Origin: Phoronis australis
Lineage: Eukaryota > Animalia > Phoronida
Assembly: GCA_002633005.1 (NCBI GenBank)
Contig: NMRA01000119.1
Coordinates: 1 to 64,000 of the forward strand
Reading direction: 5' to 3'
Length of the DNA stretch: 64,000 bases
Below the pieces are notes generated by a model, which saw only the letters and a program-made list of their open reading frames with translations, ran no database searches and had not been told where the DNA came from. The position numbers and the translations under genes were made by a program. Numbering within the stretch: position 1 is the stretch's first letter; every line of letters starts with the position of its first letter. Below, piece after piece: positions 61,236 through 64,000 of the stretch.

Positions 61236-63983
61236 CTGTATAAAAAGTTAGCCTGTGTAACAATACTGGAACTCACAATCATTGAGAAGCAGGAAGTGTT
61301 GAAAATAGTGTCCACCTGTGATTGGGATCATTAAGAAAAATTGCCATTTTTAATAGTGTCACTAAATAGTTTCATAAGGTTGGTACAGTATAAAATTGAT
61401 TGGGANNNNNNNNNNNNNNGGGGGGGGTATAAGCTATTTAAAATTTGTAATAGTCTCATCACTACGCCACTTGTTGTCCAATAGCTTCCAAAGATGGCTG
61501 CTGAGAGTAGCTGAAACTGTCAAGGTATTAACACTTTTCTGGTTGTGAAAATAAGAAATAATTAATTCATTTTAAACATGTGAAAACTAAATGCTTTGGT
61601 GAAGGAAAGCTTTAGAGACAAAAAAAATGACAAGACAAAATCATAAAATTAAGGGAAATGTTTATATTTTTCACACCATTAAAAATAATCAAATGACCAA
61701 CAGCTTCAATATTGCTGTGATATTTCGACGGGCAAGACAAAATATGAGATAGACAACATGTCCTCCTTTTCACTCCTTGTTCTCACATCGAAGAAAATCA
61801 GAAGTTTTGTACACCCTCACGGGAGTATCAAGTATATTCTGTACACAGTAACTCTGGAAAGTACCTGTAATAGTGAAGGGTTTCTTACATTTATTCCAAG
61901 CCTATCAACTAATTTCAAGCGTGATCCCAACAAATTTACTAAAACATGATTTATGAAATAGACTTGGAGATTAAATCCACATCAATTCACAAATCCGTAC
62001 AAGATTTACAACGTCTTCTTCATAATCTGGAGAGGAAAACAATCCTATCCCGTAGAGACGCAGATTTTCCATTTTTAAAAACAGAAAAATGTGTTTGAGC
62101 GAACATAAAATTCAATTTTTTCCATTTTGAAAAATAACAAATGCTGTTTACAAATGTTGTCTACTAACATTAAAAATTATAGGAACTGGCGTTATTCTTT
62201 GTCATTTATGCCAAATCTTTATTTCAGAAAAAGTTAGCTGCATGCCATGTTTACTGTATTTCAAAATAGGAACAAGAATAGCGCCACCCTCAGAAAGAGT
62301 AAACAACTATTTGCGCGTGTCAATTGCAAAATGACCGTCAAACAATTTGTGGCAAGAATCAGTTCCAGGTAGGAAATTTAAAATGGGTTATGTATAATCT
62401 TGGTAAATTTAGACCCCAAAACATTCCATGAAAGAAGTCCAACTACATGAATTTCGTATTTTCCATTACCGCAGAAAATCAGGGTCTCTAATTCTAGGCT
62501 TCTGCTAAAGAAAGCTGTTACCCACAGTGTAATTTCAAAGCCAGCAATCATCTTACTAGTTGGTCGATTATTTCTACTGCAGGCGGCTAATATTCCAAGT
62601 AGGAGATGTTATCAACAACAGAGGTCTCCTTCTGTATTATTTACATAATAAATTCAGCTAGAGACAGGGAGTCTCTGCAAAATCAAGTCTTTACGCAATC
62701 GCCCAGATCGTCATATCAACCCACCTGACATCCTCATCTTCTTCAAACTCACAAAGACATATGGTGCAGTTCTCGATGTCCTCAGCCTTCCCAGCATCAC
62801 CTGCTTCGCTGGTTCTACAGATCTGAAGCAACAAAAAATCAATCCGTGTAACCAGTTCATGTATAAGTAAGCAGAAGATAATTACCTAGTTACTTTTGCT
62901 TAACATAAGATAATGTGTAGAGCTATATTTCCTCCGTCACTGCTAAAAGACATCCCTCCTTAATTCTCTCTGCTCTACTTTCAATATACGGTGGTTTTGT
63001 ATTGTTAATGAATAGCCCATGAAACAAGTACGTGGCTTGAAAACTGTAAACCCAAATGCAAAATCTATAATTCAAATGCTATCTATCCAGTGTAACTCAT
63101 AGACATTTTTCCAGAGAAGTTAAAACCACTTCAAGGTAGACCATACCTCTTCAGCTTACTTCAAATATATGGGTGCTTATTTCTCAACACTGAGCCACAG
63201 TGTATGTAGACAATTCAGTGGCCTTTCACTCCACTGGTAAAGCAGTGTAATCAAAAGAGCTTTTCAATCTAACCACAGTGTGGCACTTGCATTTACCTTT
63301 TTATACTTGTGTGGTAATGTGTTCCTTTCTATAGTGGCCTGATTAGCGCCCCTGGTCACGTTACCCAGACGTTCTTCTAGGTTTAGCAGATCCTAAAACA
63401 GAGATTTGAAAATCACACACAGAGACAGTGCTGGCTGGAGGCTGCACTTTGGCACCATTGGATGTTGATGTTAGGATTATTTTTTTCTATAGATTGTAAA
63501 AAATGAAACCGACAAAATGAAAATCATTGTTTTTCGTTTCTTTCACTATTTCCTTCACTGGTGAAAGTCCTACTACATTAACTTCACTTTGATTATGAGA
63601 GCAGGTGTTCATGGGCCTCTAAAAATTGAAAACGCACCAAAAATGGGAAAGTAAGTACATTGATTGTCAATGTTTGGAAGTGTATAGGGAACACTGCTTG
63701 CACAAATAAATGAACTCGAAACAGACAGACAAACACACCATAACTTCAAAATTTGCTTAGTATTGAGGTGTAGAAAAAGTATCCGAGCTGACTGACTTTT
63801 AGCAAAATATTCACAATGTACCGGTAATAAGCAGTAACTTACAGCATAATGAAAACAGACAAATAATGTTCGACCAACCTCATACGTGGGTCTGTGTAGC
63901 GACATAATGCGTCGGAGTCGCATGTGGACATTGTGAGGGGGCGGGAACGGGGGAAATGGGGGCATCTCTGGTGTCAACGGTAT
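61103..63983 (-). CDS. RNF111: Arkadia-family RING-H2 E3 ubiquitin ligase (RNF111/RNF165-like), last four coding exons; 5' part lies beyond the window
   Basis: Exons 63879-63983, 63297-63392, 62725-62822 and 61103-61235 splice to ...[35 protein letters not shown]...[47 protein letters not shown]. Confidence 0.92.
62725..62822 (-). CDS. RNF111: RNF111-like exon (RING N-terminal half)
   Basis: [17 protein letters not shown]. Confidence 0.92.
63297..63392 (-). CDS. RNF111: RNF111-like exon (NRG-like/TIER segment)
   Basis: [32 protein letters not shown]. Confidence 0.92.
63879..63983 (-). CDS. RNF111: RNF111-like exon (Pro-rich, ends HRPTYE)
   Basis: tttcag acceptor and gttggt donor on the minus strand; 105 nt, phase 0/0. 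Confidence 0.8.
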
Positions 63984-64000
63984 CTGAAATTACACATCAT

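Overview
This is AT-rich animal genomic DNA, probably from a marine invertebrate, in a gapped draft assembly that looks heterozygous. Bases 1768-39745 (+) hold a 21-exon membrane-anchored M1 zinc aminopeptidase (aminopeptidase N-like, about 1020 aa when spliced, with GAMEN and HELAH-x18-E motifs). Three exon blocks (5-8, 10, 16-18) appear twice, each next to an N junction, so they are most likely two haplotypes assembled in tandem. The only visible exon 3 has a broken acceptor and a 1-nt frameshift and sits beside an 809-nt gap. Bases 40.2-56.3 kb are a nest of transposons. An internally deleted Gypsy element is split by a ~12.2-kb block bounded by Academ-type terminal inverted repeats with a TAT target duplication. 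That block contains an Academ remnant, a LINE fragment, MITEs and an intact, intronless 230-aa orphan ORF. A Kolobok/THAP remnant with an inverted duplication follows. The last four coding exons of an Arkadia-family (RNF111/RNF165) RING-H2 E3 ligase lie at 61103-63983 (-). All calls come from reading the sequence by eye; no searches were run.
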